From NCBI GenBank assembly GCA_963779415.1, contig CAVZYA010000002.1, positions 1,280,001 to 1,344,000 of the forward strand: 64,000 nucleotides of DNA. The letters are read 5' to 3'. Under the pieces are notes generated by a model. It had not been told where the DNA came from. It did not search any database and saw nothing but the letters and a program-made list of their open reading frames with translations. The position numbers and the translations under genes were made by a program. Position 1 is the stretch's first letter, and the number at the start of each line of letters is the position of its first letter. Source of the DNA: an uncultured Acidobacteriota bacterium (GTDB taxonomy: Bacteria; Acidobacteriota; Thermoanaerobaculia; UBA5066). Of this stretch, positions 21,124 to 30,850 are shown in pieces.

Positions 21124-22005
21124 TCAGGCGCCGAAGAAACCCGCCAGAAGCTCGCTCACCCGCTCCGGCGCGTCGGCCTGCACCCAGTGGCTCGCGTCGT
21201 GGAGCCGCTCGATCCGGAGGTCCGGGACCCAGCGCTCGAGCCCGGTGGTCAGCCCCGGCCCGAGGTAGCGGTCTTTCTCGCCCCAGACGAGAAGCGTCGG
21301 AACGTCGATCGTCCGCCTCTCCTTCGGCAATCGGGGCGGGTGCCAAAGCGCGGCCCGGTACCAGTTGAGCGCGGCCGAAAGCGCGCCGGGCCTCGCGAGC
21401 GACTCCTTGTACCGGGAGACCTCCTCGTCCGGGAACGCGCCTTTCCGGACGGGGTCTCGGCGGAGCATCTTCGCGAGGAGCGCGAAATCGTTCTCGCGGA
21501 TCTTCCGCTCCGGGAGCCACGGAAGCTGGAAGAAGAGGATGTAGCGCGATTTCCGGCGCTGCTCTTTCGACCTCTTCAGCTCGCGCCGGAAAGCGGCCGG
21601 GTGCGGGGCGTTCAGGATCGCGAGCTTCCGGACGAGGCCGGGGTGGAGGAGCGGCAGATACCAGGCGAGAGCGCCCCCCCAGTCGTGGCCGGCGACGAAG
21701 GCGCTTTCCTCCCCGAGCGCCCGGACGAGCCCGGCCACGTCGTCCGCCAGGTTGGAGATGGAATACGCCGCCACGCCCGGCGGCTTTTCCGAGAGGTTGT
21801 ACCCGCGAAGGTCGGGCGCGACGGCGCGGAAGCCGGCCGCGGCCAGCGCCGGGATCTGGTTCCGCCACGAGTACCAGAACTCGGGGAATCCGTGGAGGAG
21901 AAGGACGAGCGGCCCTTTCCCCTTCTCGACGACGTGGAGACGGACGCCGTTCGTCCCGATCTCGCGGTGGAGGAGTCCGTCCTCCGGGCAGGGGCAGCTT
22001 CTCAT
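21124..22005 (-). CDS. Alpha/beta hydrolase, epoxide hydrolase family
   Basis: LHGFPEFWYSW, GHDWGG nucleophile elbow, WGEKD, ASHWVQ. Confidence 0.93.
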   Translation of the reverse strand: MRSCPCPEDGLLHREIGTNGVRLHVVEKGKGPLVLLLHGFPEFWYSWRNQIPALAAAGFRAVAPDLRGYNLSEKPPGVAAYSISNLADDVAGLVRALGEESAFVAGHDWGGALAWYLPLLHPGLVRKLAILNAPHPAAFRRELKRSKEQRRKSRYILFFQLPWLPERKIRENDFALLAKMLRRDPVRKGAFPDEEVSRYKESLARPGALSAALNWYRAALWHPPRLPKERRTIDVPTLLVWGEKDRYLGPGLTTGLERWVPDLRIERLHDASHWVQADAPERVSELLAGFFGA

Positions 22006-22018
22006 TCGACAAAGCCTC

Positions 22019-23041
22019 TCAGACGATCCGCGTCGCGGCGCGCTCGAGGCGGTCCATCACGGCGCGGCCGAGGCCGCGGCGCGGGACCGCCGGGACGAGC
22101 AGCTCGGTCCCCTTCCGCCGCGTCCGGAGCGCGGCGAAGAGGTTGCGGGCGATCTCCTCCATCGTGTCGCCGAGCGGCACGACCCGCCACGCGGCGAAGA
22201 ACGGCGCGAGCCAGGCGGGGCAGAGGACCAGCGCTTCGGGGTGGGCCTGCGCGTAGGCGAATAGAGAGGATTTTCTTAGAAAGAGAATCAGAGGACGGCT
22301 CGGTGCGTAGTGGAGATACTTGGTGCCGGGACTTTCGGCAGGCTCCGCCACCGCGCGGCGCTTGGGCCGCGCGATCCGCTCGCCGCGCTGCTCCCCGCCC
22401 TCCAACGCCCTATTCCCCTTTCTAAGAAAATCTCTTAGTTCTTCCTCGGTAATGGCCCCCTGCCGGAGGATCCGCGGCGGATCGAAGGCGACGACGGTCG
22501 ACTCGAGGCCGTGGGCCGTCGGCCCGCCGTCGAGAATCCAGAGATCGGGGAAGTCCTCCGCGACGTGCGCCGCCGTCGTCGGGCTGGGGCGTCCCGAGAG
22601 ATTCGCGCTCGGGGCGGCGACCGGGACCCCCGCGAGGCGGACGAGGTCGCGGGCGAGTCCCTGGGGCATCCGGACGGCGACGGTGTCGAGGCCGGCGGTG
22701 ACGAGAGAGGGAACACGGGACGTCTTCGGAAGAACGAGCGTGAGCGGCCCCGGCCAGAAGGCCCGGATGAGAAGTTCCGCCGGCGCCGGAATCCGCCGGA
22801 CTACTTTTCTCAGCATCCTCCGGTCGCTCACGTGGACGATGATCGGGTTGTCGGCGGGGCGCCCCTTCGCCTCGAAGATCCTCGCGACCGCGTTCGTGTC
22901 CAGCGCGTTCGCCCCGAGGCCGTAGACCGTCTCGGTCGGAAACGCGACGAGGGCGCCCCGGGCGATCCGCCTCGCCGCCGCGCGGAGGGCGGCGGGCGTG
23001 ACGCGGCGGACGTTCCGGCGGGCAGGGCGTTTCCGCTTCAC
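22019..23041 (-). CDS. sua5: L-threonylcarbamoyladenylate synthase (Sua5/YwlC type)
   Basis: FPTETVYGLGA, KGRPADNPIIVH, APSANLSGRPSPT, SPGTKYLHYAP. Confidence 0.93.
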   Translation of the reverse strand: MKRKRPARRNVRRVTPAALRAAARRIARGALVAFPTETVYGLGANALDTNAVARIFEAKGRPADNPIIVHVSDRRMLRKVVRRIPAPAELLIRAFWPGPLTLVLPKTSRVPSLVTAGLDTVAVRMPQGLARDLVRLAGVPVAAPSANLSGRPSPTTAAHVAEDFPDLWILDGGPTAHGLESTVVAFDPPRILRQGAITEEELRDFLRKGNRALEGGEQRGERIARPKRRAVAEPAESPGTKYLHYAPSRPLILFLRKSSLFAYAQAHPEALVLCPAWLAPFFAAWRVVPLGDTMEEIARNLFAALRTRRKGTELLVPAVPRRGLGRAVMDRLERAATRIV

Positions 23042-23105
23042 GCGGCGATCGTAGAACGCTTCTCCCCGGGGAGTGCGGCAGAATCCCTCCGCCGGGAGGT
23101 GCCTC

Positions 23106-25109
23106 ATGTCGGCTCGTCTCTCCACCGGGCTTCTCATCCTGTCGCTCTCGCTTCCCTCCCTTCTCGCGGCGGCGCCCGAGGAGCGGAAATACACCGTTCT
23201 TCTCATGGGACAGAAGGCGGGAACGGAGACGTGCACCACGTCGGGAGCCGAGACCCGATGCACCTTCTCCTACACCGACCGGGGGCGCGGGCCGAAGCTG
23301 GAGGCGGCGTTCACCGTCGGAAAGAACGCGATCCCGGTGGGGGTCTCGATCGCCGGGAACAACTACCTGAAGGACCGGGTCGACGAGCGCTTCACGCTCG
23401 AAAAGGGAACGGCGCGCTGGAAGAGCACCGTCGAATCGGGAGACGCGCGGGTGACGGCGCCGGCGCTCTACCTCCCCTTCGAGGACGTCCCGGAGATCGC
23501 GGGGATCCTCGTTCGGGCGCTTCGGGCCGCGAAGGGAAACATGCTCCCCCTTCTCCCGGCGGGGGAAGCGCACCTCGCCGGCTCGGCCTCGCTCGACGTC
23601 ACGGCGGAAGGAAGATCGAAGAAGGTCACGAGATTCGACGTCGCCGGTCTCCGCCTCGAGCCGGCACGAATCTTCCTCGACGAGAAAGGGGATCTCTTCG
23701 CCACGGGCGGCTCCTGGCTGATGACGGTCCGCGAAGGTTGGGAGGGCGCGGCGCCGGCTCTTCTCGCCTCGCAGGAGGCGGCCGCGTCGGAGGAGAGCCG
23801 GTCGCGCGCCCGCGAGCTGGCCCGGAGGCCCAAGGGACCGCTCGTCTTCCGCGGGGTGGATCTCTTCGACGCCGACGCCGCGGCGATCCGGCCCGAAACC
23901 ACGGTCGTCGTCTCGGGAGGCCGGATCACGGCCGTCGGGCCCGACGGATCGGTCGCTCTTCCCGAGGGGGCGGAGATCGTCGACGGCAAGGGGAAGACGC
24001 TCCTCCCGGGACTTTGGGACATGCACGTCCACGTCGGGAGCGACGTGGACGGGATCCTCTACCTCGCGTCGGGGATCACGAGCGTCCGCGATCTCGGCAA
24101 CGACCTCCCCCAGGTGACCGACCGCCGGGACCGGTTCGCGTCGGGCGCCGCCCTCGGTCCGCGGCTCCTGACGTCGGTTCTCATCGACGGGCCGGGGCCG
24201 TTCGCGGGGCCGACGAAGTTCCTCGTCTCGACGGAGGAGGAGGGGCGCGCGGCCATCGACGCCTGCGTGAAGGCGGGCTGCACGGGGCTGAAGATCTACA
24301 GCTCGATCAGGCCGGAGCTGGTCCCCGCGCTCGTCCGCGATGCGCACGCGAAGGGGATCCGGGCGAGCGGGCACATCCCCGCCTTCATGACGGCGGACCA
24401 GTGCGTCCGCGACGGCTACGACGAGATCCACCACGTGAACTTCATCTTCCTGAACTTCCTCTTCGACAAGGTGCAGGACACCCGGACGCCGGCCCGCTTC
24501 ATCGCCGTCGCCGAGAACGCGGCATCGCTCGATCTCGGCTCGCCGGCCGTCCGCGAGTTCGTCCGGCTGCTCCAGGTGCGCGGCGTCGTCGTCGATCCGA
24601 CGGCCGGCACCTTCGAGGAGCTCTTTCTCTCTCGCCCCGGCAAGGTCCCCGAGGCCTGGGCGCCCGTCGCCGACCGGCTCCCGCCGCAGCTCAAGCGGGA
24701 CCTTCTCGCCGGAGGGCTCCCGGTCCCGGAGGGGGGCGACGCGCGATACCGCGCCTCGTTCGACGCCCTCCTCCGGATGATCCGCTTCATCCACCTCGCG
24801 GGCGTCCGGATCGTCGCGGGGACCGACGGCTTCGCGGGGTTCACCCTGCCGCGGGAGCTGGAGCTTTACGCGAAGGCGGGAATTCCGCCCGCCGAGGTCC
24901 TCCAGATCGCGACGCTCGGCGCGGCGAGCGTGGCGCACCGCGCGGACGACCTCGGGACGATCGCCCCGGGGAAGCTCGCGGACATGATCCTCGTCGACGG
25001 GAGGCCCACGGAGCGGATCTCCGACGTCCGGAAGGTCTCGCTGGTCGTCAAGGACGGAACCGTCTACGACCCCGCGGCGCTCCTCAAGTCGATCGGCATC
25101 AGGCCCTGA
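23106..25109 (+). CDS. Secreted amidohydrolase family protein
   Basis: Signal peptide; [10 protein letters not shown] metal motif, [20 protein letters not shown]. Confidence 0.9.
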   Translation: MSARLSTGLLILSLSLPSLLAAAPEERKYTVLLMGQKAGTETCTTSGAETRCTFSYTDRGRGPKLEAAFTVGKNAIPVGVSIAGNNYLKDRVDERFTLEKGTARWKSTVESGDARVTAPALYLPFEDVPEIAGILVRALRAAKGNMLPLLPAGEAHLAGSASLDVTAEGRSKKVTRFDVAGLRLEPARIFLDEKGDLFATGGSWLMTVREGWEGAAPALLASQEAAASEESRSRARELARRPKGPLVFRGVDLFDADAAAIRPETTVVVSGGRITAVGPDGSVALPEGAEIVDGKGKTLLPGLWDMHVHVGSDVDGILYLASGITSVRDLGNDLPQVTDRRDRFASGAALGPRLLTSVLIDGPGPFAGPTKFLVSTEEEGRAAIDACVKAGCTGLKIYSSIRPELVPALVRDAHAKGIRASGHIPAFMTADQCVRDGYDEIHHVNFIFLNFLFDKVQDTRTPARFIAVAENAASLDLGSPAVREFVRLLQVRGVVVDPTAGTFEELFLSRPGKVPEAWAPVADRLPPQLKRDLLAGGLPVPEGGDARYRASFDALLRMIRFIHLAGVRIVAGTDGFAGFTLPRELELYAKAGIPPAEVLQIATLGAASVAHRADDLGTIAPGKLADMILVDGRPTERISDVRKVSLVVKDGTVYDPAALLKSIGIRP

Positions 25110-25209
25110 CGGCCTCTTCGAGGGAGACGGCAATCCGCGGGAACGCGCGGAGGATCTGCCGGTCCGAGGTGACGAGCGGAACGCCCAGGTATGCGGCGGC
25201 GACGATTAC
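25099..25209 (-). pseudogene. vapC: Internally deleted VapC/PIN toxin remnant
   Basis: (V)IVA start joined directly to a VapC-type C-terminus [28 protein letters not shown]; start codon is GTA, overlapping the antitoxin TAA. Confidence 0.7.
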
Positions 25210-25445
25210 TTCCGCCCTACCTTCTTGAAGCGGCGGATCGTCTCGTCATCTAACCGAACCAGTATCCCTTCTCGTAGTTTTCGCGCCTGGGCGATGAAGA
25301 CCTCGACGTCGACGGGTCGGCCCGCCGTCGCCGCGCGGAGCGCCGCGATCGCCTCGCTGTTGAGGCTGCGGCCGTGCTCGGCAGCCTGCGCCTTGAGCTT
25401 CCGGTGGAGGTCGGGAGGGATGTTCTTCAGCGTGATGCTGGCCGT
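25206..25445 (-). pseudogene. FitA/Arc-like ribbon-helix-helix antitoxin with ACG in place of the start codon
   Basis: ACG-ASITLKNIPPDLHRKLKAQAAEHGRSLNSEAIAAL...; 80 codons; no in-frame ATG/GTG before the upstream stop. Confidence 0.75.
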
Positions 25446-25446
25446 A

Positions 25447-25472
25447 CAACCATTTTACAACCGGAATGGTTG
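25447..25472. promoter_or_regulatory. Palindromic operator CAACCATT-N10-AATGGTTG overlapping a TAAAAT -10 box
   Basis: Direct inspection; typical TA autoregulatory site. Confidence 0.7.
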
Positions 25473-25482
25473 CAGCCGGAAG

Positions 25483-25529
25483 CTACCGCATCGCCTCCAT
25501 CGGGGTGAGGTGCGAAGCGCGGAACGCGG
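25483..25529. repeat. 47-bp copy of the 3' end of the ABC permease gene (26334..26380)
   Basis: ctaccgcatcgcctccatcgg is identical; 4 mismatches over 47 bp. Confidence 0.92.
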
Positions 25530-25549
25530 TATCGTTTCGGGCCACACAC

Positions 25550-25969
25550 ATGGGGGAATCACCTCGTCATTCGTGGGCCCGTGCGGTCGTTCTCCTCGGT
25601 ATCGGGTACGCCCTCGTTGGCATCGTGTTCGCGGTACCGGCCACTCACGTGAGGGCGTGGCGCTTGGCGGCGTGGGTAGTGAGCGCCGTTGGATATGCGA
25701 CTCACATAGTGTACGAACGCTTTCGGCTGCAGAACTCACCCGGTTCGGCAGCCCTTCACGTTGCTTTCGCCGTTGCGCTTGGAGCATTCGGGCTTGCTGT
25801 TGGCGCAAACATTCATTCACTGTCTACCGGATCGACCAACCAGCACCGACAGCTCCTGCTTCTGTCGCTCGCGATCTGGCCGGTCATAACGGCGCTCCCG
25901 GCATTTCTTGTCGCGCTCGGCACAAATGTGCTTCTGGTGCGTGCGCTCGGGAACGCGCGGGGTAAATAG
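25550..25969 (+). CDS. Small multi-TM membrane protein (cassette-like gene)
   Basis: About four hydrophobic segments; lower GC than flanks; followed by an attC-like site. Confidence 0.75.
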   Translation: MGESPRHSWARAVVLLGIGYALVGIVFAVPATHVRAWRLAAWVVSAVGYATHIVYERFRLQNSPGSAALHVAFAVALGAFGLAVGANIHSLSTGSTNQHRQLLLLSLAIWPVITALPAFLVALGTNVLLVRALGNARGK

Positions 25970-25985
25970 AGGAAAGGTGCTTGTG

Positions 25986-26047
25986 GCCCAACCCCGCGCT
26001 CCAGCGGACCGATTCCGTCCGCCGCTGAGCCGCAGTATCATTTAGCG
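25986..26047 (+). mobile_element. Integron attC-like site (degenerate R' box)
   Basis: GCCCAAC (RYYYAAC) start; imperfect stem gctccagcggac/gtccgccgctgagc; ends atttagc instead of GTTRRRY; sits between two short co-oriented ORFs. Confidence 0.6.
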
Positions 26048-26053
26048 CGCTCT

Positions 26054-26236
26054 ATGGAAATGAGTGCCGCGATGAGTCGTTCGACAGCCGGGGGGCTCGC
26101 ATTCATCGCTGCGGGAGTGGCCTTCGTGGCCATCGGAATCTCCGGGCAGCGCGCGTTTATGTCGATTGGCGCCGCGTTCGTTCTGATCGGCGTAATCTTC
26201 ATCGCGCGGAGACGCCGTCCGGGAGGGCACAAGTGA
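26054..26236 (+). CDS. 60-aa two-TM membrane protein (cassette-like gene)
   Basis: Two hydrophobic helices and a basic tail; starts just after the attC-like site. Confidence 0.65.
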   Translation: MEMSAAMSRSTAGGLAFIAAGVAFVAIGISGQRAFMSIGAAFVLIGVIFIARRRRPGGHK

Positions 26237-26333
26237 CTCCGGCACCCGACCACTTGTAGCCGTCGCGCTCCTGATCAACCCTTCCATTGGCCGCGTGAAT
26301 GCTTGACAGCCAGCGGACCACTCGCGGGGTTTC

Positions 26334-27632
26334 CTACCGCATCGCCTCCATCGGCGTGAGGCGCGAAGCGCGGACGGCGGGATAGAGGCCAAAGACGAGC
26401 GCGAGGGAGAGCGCGACGCACCAGGCGATGACGAGGCCGACGGGGTTCACCACGAGCCCCCACGGGAACATCGGGGAAAGGGCCTTGCAGAGGACCGCGC
26501 CGGCGACCGTCCCGACGGCCGCCCCGAGCGAGGCGAGGACGGCGGCTTCGAGGAGGAACTGGAGGAGGATCTCCTTGTCGGAGGCCCCGAGCGATTTCCG
26601 GAGGCCGATCTCGAACCGCCGGTCGGAGAACGAGATCAGCATGACGGAGAGGACGCCGACACCGCCGACGAGAAGGACGGTCGCCGCGAGCGACAAAAGG
26701 ACGATCCGCCAGCCGCGCATCTCGTTCAGGAACTGCTGATACCACTTCGCGGCCTCGGCCTCGAGGTCCTTGATCTCGATGTCCTCGATCCCGTGATGGG
26801 CCTGCTTGACGCGGCCGATGACGAGGGAAGAGACCTCGGCGAGATCGCTCTTCCTCGCGAGCTTCACGGCGACCTGCGTGAGCTGGTGGGCGGGGTCGAT
26901 CCGGTCCATGTAGGTCTCGAGCGGGATCTGGATGCCGTTGGCGTCGTAGTAGATCTCCTCGTTGAAGATCTGGAGCCGGTCCTGGAGCCCGACGATCCGG
27001 AAGGGGATCCCCTCGACGGAGATGTCCCGTCCGACCGGGTCGGCGCCCGCGAAGAGCTTGGCCCCGAGCGTCGCGCCGACCACGGCTACGCTGCTCCGGC
27101 GCTTCCGGTCGTCCTCGGTGATTCCGCGCCCCGACTGGATGGGCCGGTTCATGTAGCGGGCGTACTCCGGCGTCACGCCGGTCACGAACATCCGCTCGAT
27201 GCCTCCCGGCGTCCGGACCGAGAGCCGCTTCGTGGCGCGCGGGAGGAATGCGAGAACCCTCGGATCGGGCGTCGTGAGCCTCGGGAGGTCCTCGAACCGG
27301 AAGCCGGGCGACATCGCGAACCGCTTCTGCTCCTCGGAGGTCTGGGGCTGCTTGGCCTGGACGACGGCCGTCCCGTCCCAGGCCATCCCTTCGAAGCCCA
27401 TGCCGACCTTGTCGAGGATCCCGTCGAGAACGGAGGTCATGACGACGAGGGCGAAGACGCCGAGCATCAGGAGCGTCAGGGTCAGGAACGAACGGAGCTT
27501 GTGGGACCAGAGCTCGATGAAGCCCCCCTTGATGGTTTCCCAGACGAGGCCGAGCTGGGCGGCGAAGGAGAGGCGTCGCACCGAGAGCTTCGGAGTGGCG
27601 ACGGCGGGAGTCTCGAGGACGACGCTACTCAT
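26334..27632 (-). CDS. MacB/FtsX-family ABC permease
   Basis: HKLRSFLTLT, VGGVGVLSVMLISFSDRRFEIGLRKSLGA, PAVRASRLTPMEAMR. Confidence 0.92.
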   Translation of the reverse strand: MSSVVLETPAVATPKLSVRRLSFAAQLGLVWETIKGGFIELWSHKLRSFLTLTLLMLGVFALVVMTSVLDGILDKVGMGFEGMAWDGTAVVQAKQPQTSEEQKRFAMSPGFRFEDLPRLTTPDPRVLAFLPRATKRLSVRTPGGIERMFVTGVTPEYARYMNRPIQSGRGITEDDRKRRSSVAVVGATLGAKLFAGADPVGRDISVEGIPFRIVGLQDRLQIFNEEIYYDANGIQIPLETYMDRIDPAHQLTQVAVKLARKSDLAEVSSLVIGRVKQAHHGIEDIEIKDLEAEAAKWYQQFLNEMRGWRIVLLSLAATVLLVGGVGVLSVMLISFSDRRFEIGLRKSLGASDKEILLQFLLEAAVLASLGAAVGTVAGAVLCKALSPMFPWGLVVNPVGLVIAWCVALSLALVFGLYPAVRASRLTPMEAMR

Positions 27633-28878
27633 ACCTCAAGGCTTCCATCGGAGAGAGGCGGGCGGCTTTCCACGCCGGGTAGATGGCGAAGACGAAGCCG
27701 AAGACGAGGGCGAGGAGGAAAGCCCAGAGGAAGCTCAGGGGGTCCATCCAGAGCGGGACCTCGAGCGCCGTCGTGATGACCTTCGAGAAAGCCGCCCCGA
27801 GGGCGAATCCGACGATGCCGCCGAGGCTCGTCAGGAGGAGCGCCTCGGTCATGAACTCCTTGAAGACCTCCCGCCCCGAGGCTCCGATGGCCATCTTCAC
27901 GCCCACCTCGCGGACCCGCTCCTTGAGAGAGGCGAGCTGGATGTTGACGTTCACCATCCCGCCCCCGATGAGCGAAAGGATCCCCGAGAGCATGAAGACG
28001 ATGTTGTAGACCTGTCCCTGGCTCTGCCGCTTCTTCACCCGGGCCGCGAGGTCGTCGAGGCGGAAATCGTCCTGCTGTCTGTGGCTCGCCCTGAGGACCG
28101 ACGTGAGCCCTTTGGAGAAGAGATCCATCAGCCCGAGGGTCGGGATCTTGAAAACGACGCGGTCCACGCGAAGGTGGGCATCGCCCTGCATCCTCCTGGC
28201 GACGAGGGTGGCGGGGAGGGCGATGATCCGGTTCCGCCAGGCGAAGACGTTTCCTTCGCTCTCCCGCCAGTGGAAGATCTTCTCCTTGAGGACGCCGACG
28301 ACCGTGACCGGGGTGTCGTCCACGCGGATGACCTGCCCGACGGCGTCACCCGAGGGAAAAAAGATGCTGGCCGGCTCGGCCCCGAGGATGGCGACGGGAG
28401 CGGCCTTCTCGAGATCTTCGGCTCCGAAGGCGCGCCCCGTCTCGATCTCGTAGCCGTTCATCGGGAGGTAATCCGCCGCGATCCCCCGGATGTCCCGGTC
28501 CCGGTCGGCGAACGGGGACCGGACGCGGGCTCGCGCGAATTTCTCGACGCTATAGGCCTGGACGGCCTTCGTGTCGACCTTCTCCCCTTCGGAGGCGTCC
28601 CGCCGTCGAAGACCCAGATTCGCGTTCTGGAGAGCCGTCGGCGTCGTCCCGTCCCGGATCGCTCCGGCCGGCTGGACGTTCAGCTTGTCGAACCCGCCCC
28701 GCTTCATCCAGGCGTCCTCGGAGTGCCGCCGCATGCTGTCCGAGATCGAGAATCCTCCGAGGACCGACGCCACCCCGAGCATCACGCCGAGCGCTTGCAG
28801 AGCCGAGCGTCCGAGGTTCTCCCGGATCTCGGTCCAGGCGCTCCGGAGGCGCTCGCGGAAGGCGCCGGAAAGGATCAC
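27625..28878 (-). CDS. MacB/FtsX-family ABC permease
   Basis: ERVREVGVKMAIGA, PAWKAARLSPMEALRYE. Confidence 0.92.
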   Translation of the reverse strand: MILSGAFRERLRSAWTEIRENLGRSALQALGVMLGVASVLGGFSISDSMRRHSEDAWMKRGGFDKLNVQPAGAIRDGTTPTALQNANLGLRRRDASEGEKVDTKAVQAYSVEKFARARVRSPFADRDRDIRGIAADYLPMNGYEIETGRAFGAEDLEKAAPVAILGAEPASIFFPSGDAVGQVIRVDDTPVTVVGVLKEKIFHWRESEGNVFAWRNRIIALPATLVARRMQGDAHLRVDRVVFKIPTLGLMDLFSKGLTSVLRASHRQQDDFRLDDLAARVKKRQSQGQVYNIVFMLSGILSLIGGGMVNVNIQLASLKERVREVGVKMAIGASGREVFKEFMTEALLLTSLGGIVGFALGAAFSKVITTALEVPLWMDPLSFLWAFLLALVFGFVFAIYPAWKAARLSPMEALRYE

Positions 28879-29567
28879 GCCGCCCGCTCCTCCGGCGTCA
28901 CGACGAGGCCGTCCGACAGCTCGACCCGCCGGGAGGCCATCGCCGCGATCCTCGGGTCGTGCGTGACGAGAAGGACCGTGTTTCCCTGCCGGTTCAAGTC
29001 GGCGAAGAGCTCGAGCACCTCGGCGCCCGTCTTCGAGTCGAGGGCGCCTGTCGGCTCGTCGGCCAGGAGAAGCGCCGGCCGGTTCGCGAGCGCGCGTGCG
29101 ATGGCGACGCGCTGCTTCTGGCCCCCCGAGAGCTTGGCCGGAAGGACGTTCGCCTTCTCCGGGATCCCGACCTTTTCGAGCATCTCGAGGGCGCGCTCCC
29201 GCCGCACTTTCCGCGGGAGGCCGGCGTAGAGGAGCGGCAGCTCGACGTTTCTGAGGACGTTCGCCTTCGGGAGGAGGTTGTAGCTCTGGAAGACGAAGCC
29301 GACCTTCTCGTTCCGAATCCGGGCGAGAGCCGGGCCCGAAAGACCTTGCACGGCCTCTCCGTCGAGGAGATAGCGCCCTTCGGTGGGGGAGTCGAGGCAG
29401 CCGAGTATCGCCATCAGTGTCGACTTGCCCGATCCGGACGGGCCGACGAGCGCCACGAACTCCCCGCGGTCGACCTTCATGTCGATTCCACGCAGGGCAT
29501 GGACGGCCATGCCGTTCGACCCGAAGACCTTCGTCAGGCCGGTCGTCTCGATGATGCTAGTTGTCAT
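28875..29567 (-). CDS. ABC transporter ATP-binding protein (MacB/LolD type)
   Basis: GPSGSGKST, LSGGQKQRVAIARAL, LLADEPTGALD, VTHD. Confidence 0.95.
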   Translation of the reverse strand: MTTSIIETTGLTKVFGSNGMAVHALRGIDMKVDRGEFVALVGPSGSGKSTLMAILGCLDSPTEGRYLLDGEAVQGLSGPALARIRNEKVGFVFQSYNLLPKANVLRNVELPLLYAGLPRKVRRERALEMLEKVGIPEKANVLPAKLSGGQKQRVAIARALANRPALLLADEPTGALDSKTGAEVLELFADLNRQGNTVLLVTHDPRIAAMASRRVELSDGLVVTPEERAA

Positions 29568-30786
29568 CGTCCTTCTCGACCTTCCTTCTCGTGGGATCTT
29601 CCAGAGACACCTGTTCGGCGGTCTTGACACCCGAAAGGATCTCGACCCGCTCGAGGGTCGCGATGCCGGCCTTCACCGGGACGACGTCGAAGTAGTCCTT
29701 CCAGTTCTCGGAGAGCCAGGTGAACTTGCCCCTCCCTGAGAGCCCCTCTTTCGCCTTCGCGATCTCGGGGGGCTTCAGGTTCGCCTTCAGGCGGTAGACG
29801 ACCGTCTCGCCTTCCTTCCGCTGGAGCGCCTCGAGCGGGATGGAGACGGCCTTCTCGCGCTTCTCGCCGAGGATCTCGACGTTGGCGCTCATCCCGGTCC
29901 GGTAGGCGTCCGAGAGATCGTCGAGGGCGATCTCGACGAGGAAGACCTTGATCTTTTCCTGCAGCTTCGCCGCCGGAGCGACGAAGCGGACCTTCCCGCT
30001 GAAGACCTTCTGCGGATAGGCGTCGAGCGTGATCCGGACCGGCTGGCCGACCGCGACTTTCGCGATGTCGACCTCGTTGAGGTTGACCTTGATGATGATC
30101 GACTTCAGGTCGGCGACGGTGAACAGGACCGTTCCCGCGTTGAACGAGGAGACGCCGGAGGTGACCGTCTCTCCCAGCTCGACCCCCTTCGTGATGACGA
30201 CGCCGTTCATCGGGCTCGTCACGCGCGCCATCTGAGTCGACGCGTCGCCGGAGATCGGGATGCCGCGGTCCTGCACGATCTGGTAGCGCATTCTCGCGGC
30301 CTTGAGAGCGTCGGCGGCGAGGTCCCGCTTGATCTGGTAGTCCTTGAGCGTCTCGCCGCCGATGAGGCCGTCGTTGAAGAGGCGGGTCTGCGAGGCGAGC
30401 TGCCGCTCGGCGTCGTTCAGGTTCAGCTCGGCCGTCGTCACGCCGGCGTTGACGTCGGAGAGGGACTGCGCCTGGTTCACGTCGGGCTCGACCTCGGCGA
30501 GAAGGTCCCCGGCTTTCACCACGGCCCCTTCGCGCACCTTCAGGCTGACCACGCGCCCGGAGACGGCCGATTTGACGTCGACCTTCGTCTCGGGATCGAC
30601 GACGCCGACTTCCCGGACGGAGACCTGGAGGTCCTCGGCCGAGACCTTCCCGAGCCGGAACGGGAGAGGGGCTTCCTTCGCGTCCTTCGGCTTGTCCTTC
30701 GCCCGGGCGGCGAAGACGGCGCCGGCGCCGCCGAGGATGACGACCCCCGCGACGATCAGAATCAGACGTTTACGCTTCCGATCCAT
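29557..30786 (-). CDS. Efflux periplasmic adaptor subunit (MacA-like)
   Basis: N-terminal TM, VKSAVSGRVVSLKVREG, coiled hairpin, SPMNGVV, VNLNEVDIAKV. Confidence 0.92.
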   Translation of the reverse strand: MDRKRKRLILIVAGVVILGGAGAVFAARAKDKPKDAKEAPLPFRLGKVSAEDLQVSVREVGVVDPETKVDVKSAVSGRVVSLKVREGAVVKAGDLLAEVEPDVNQAQSLSDVNAGVTTAELNLNDAERQLASQTRLFNDGLIGGETLKDYQIKRDLAADALKAARMRYQIVQDRGIPISGDASTQMARVTSPMNGVVITKGVELGETVTSGVSSFNAGTVLFTVADLKSIIIKVNLNEVDIAKVAVGQPVRITLDAYPQKVFSGKVRFVAPAAKLQEKIKVFLVEIALDDLSDAYRTGMSANVEILGEKREKAVSIPLEALQRKEGETVVYRLKANLKPPEIAKAKEGLSGRGKFTWLSENWKDYFDVVPVKAGIATLERVEILSGVKTAEQVSLEDPTRRKVEKDDDN

Positions 30787-30850
30787 CGGCCTCTCCTTCT
30801 CGAATGGGGCCCGCGACCCGCCGTCGCGTGTGCCAGAATTACCCAGCCCC

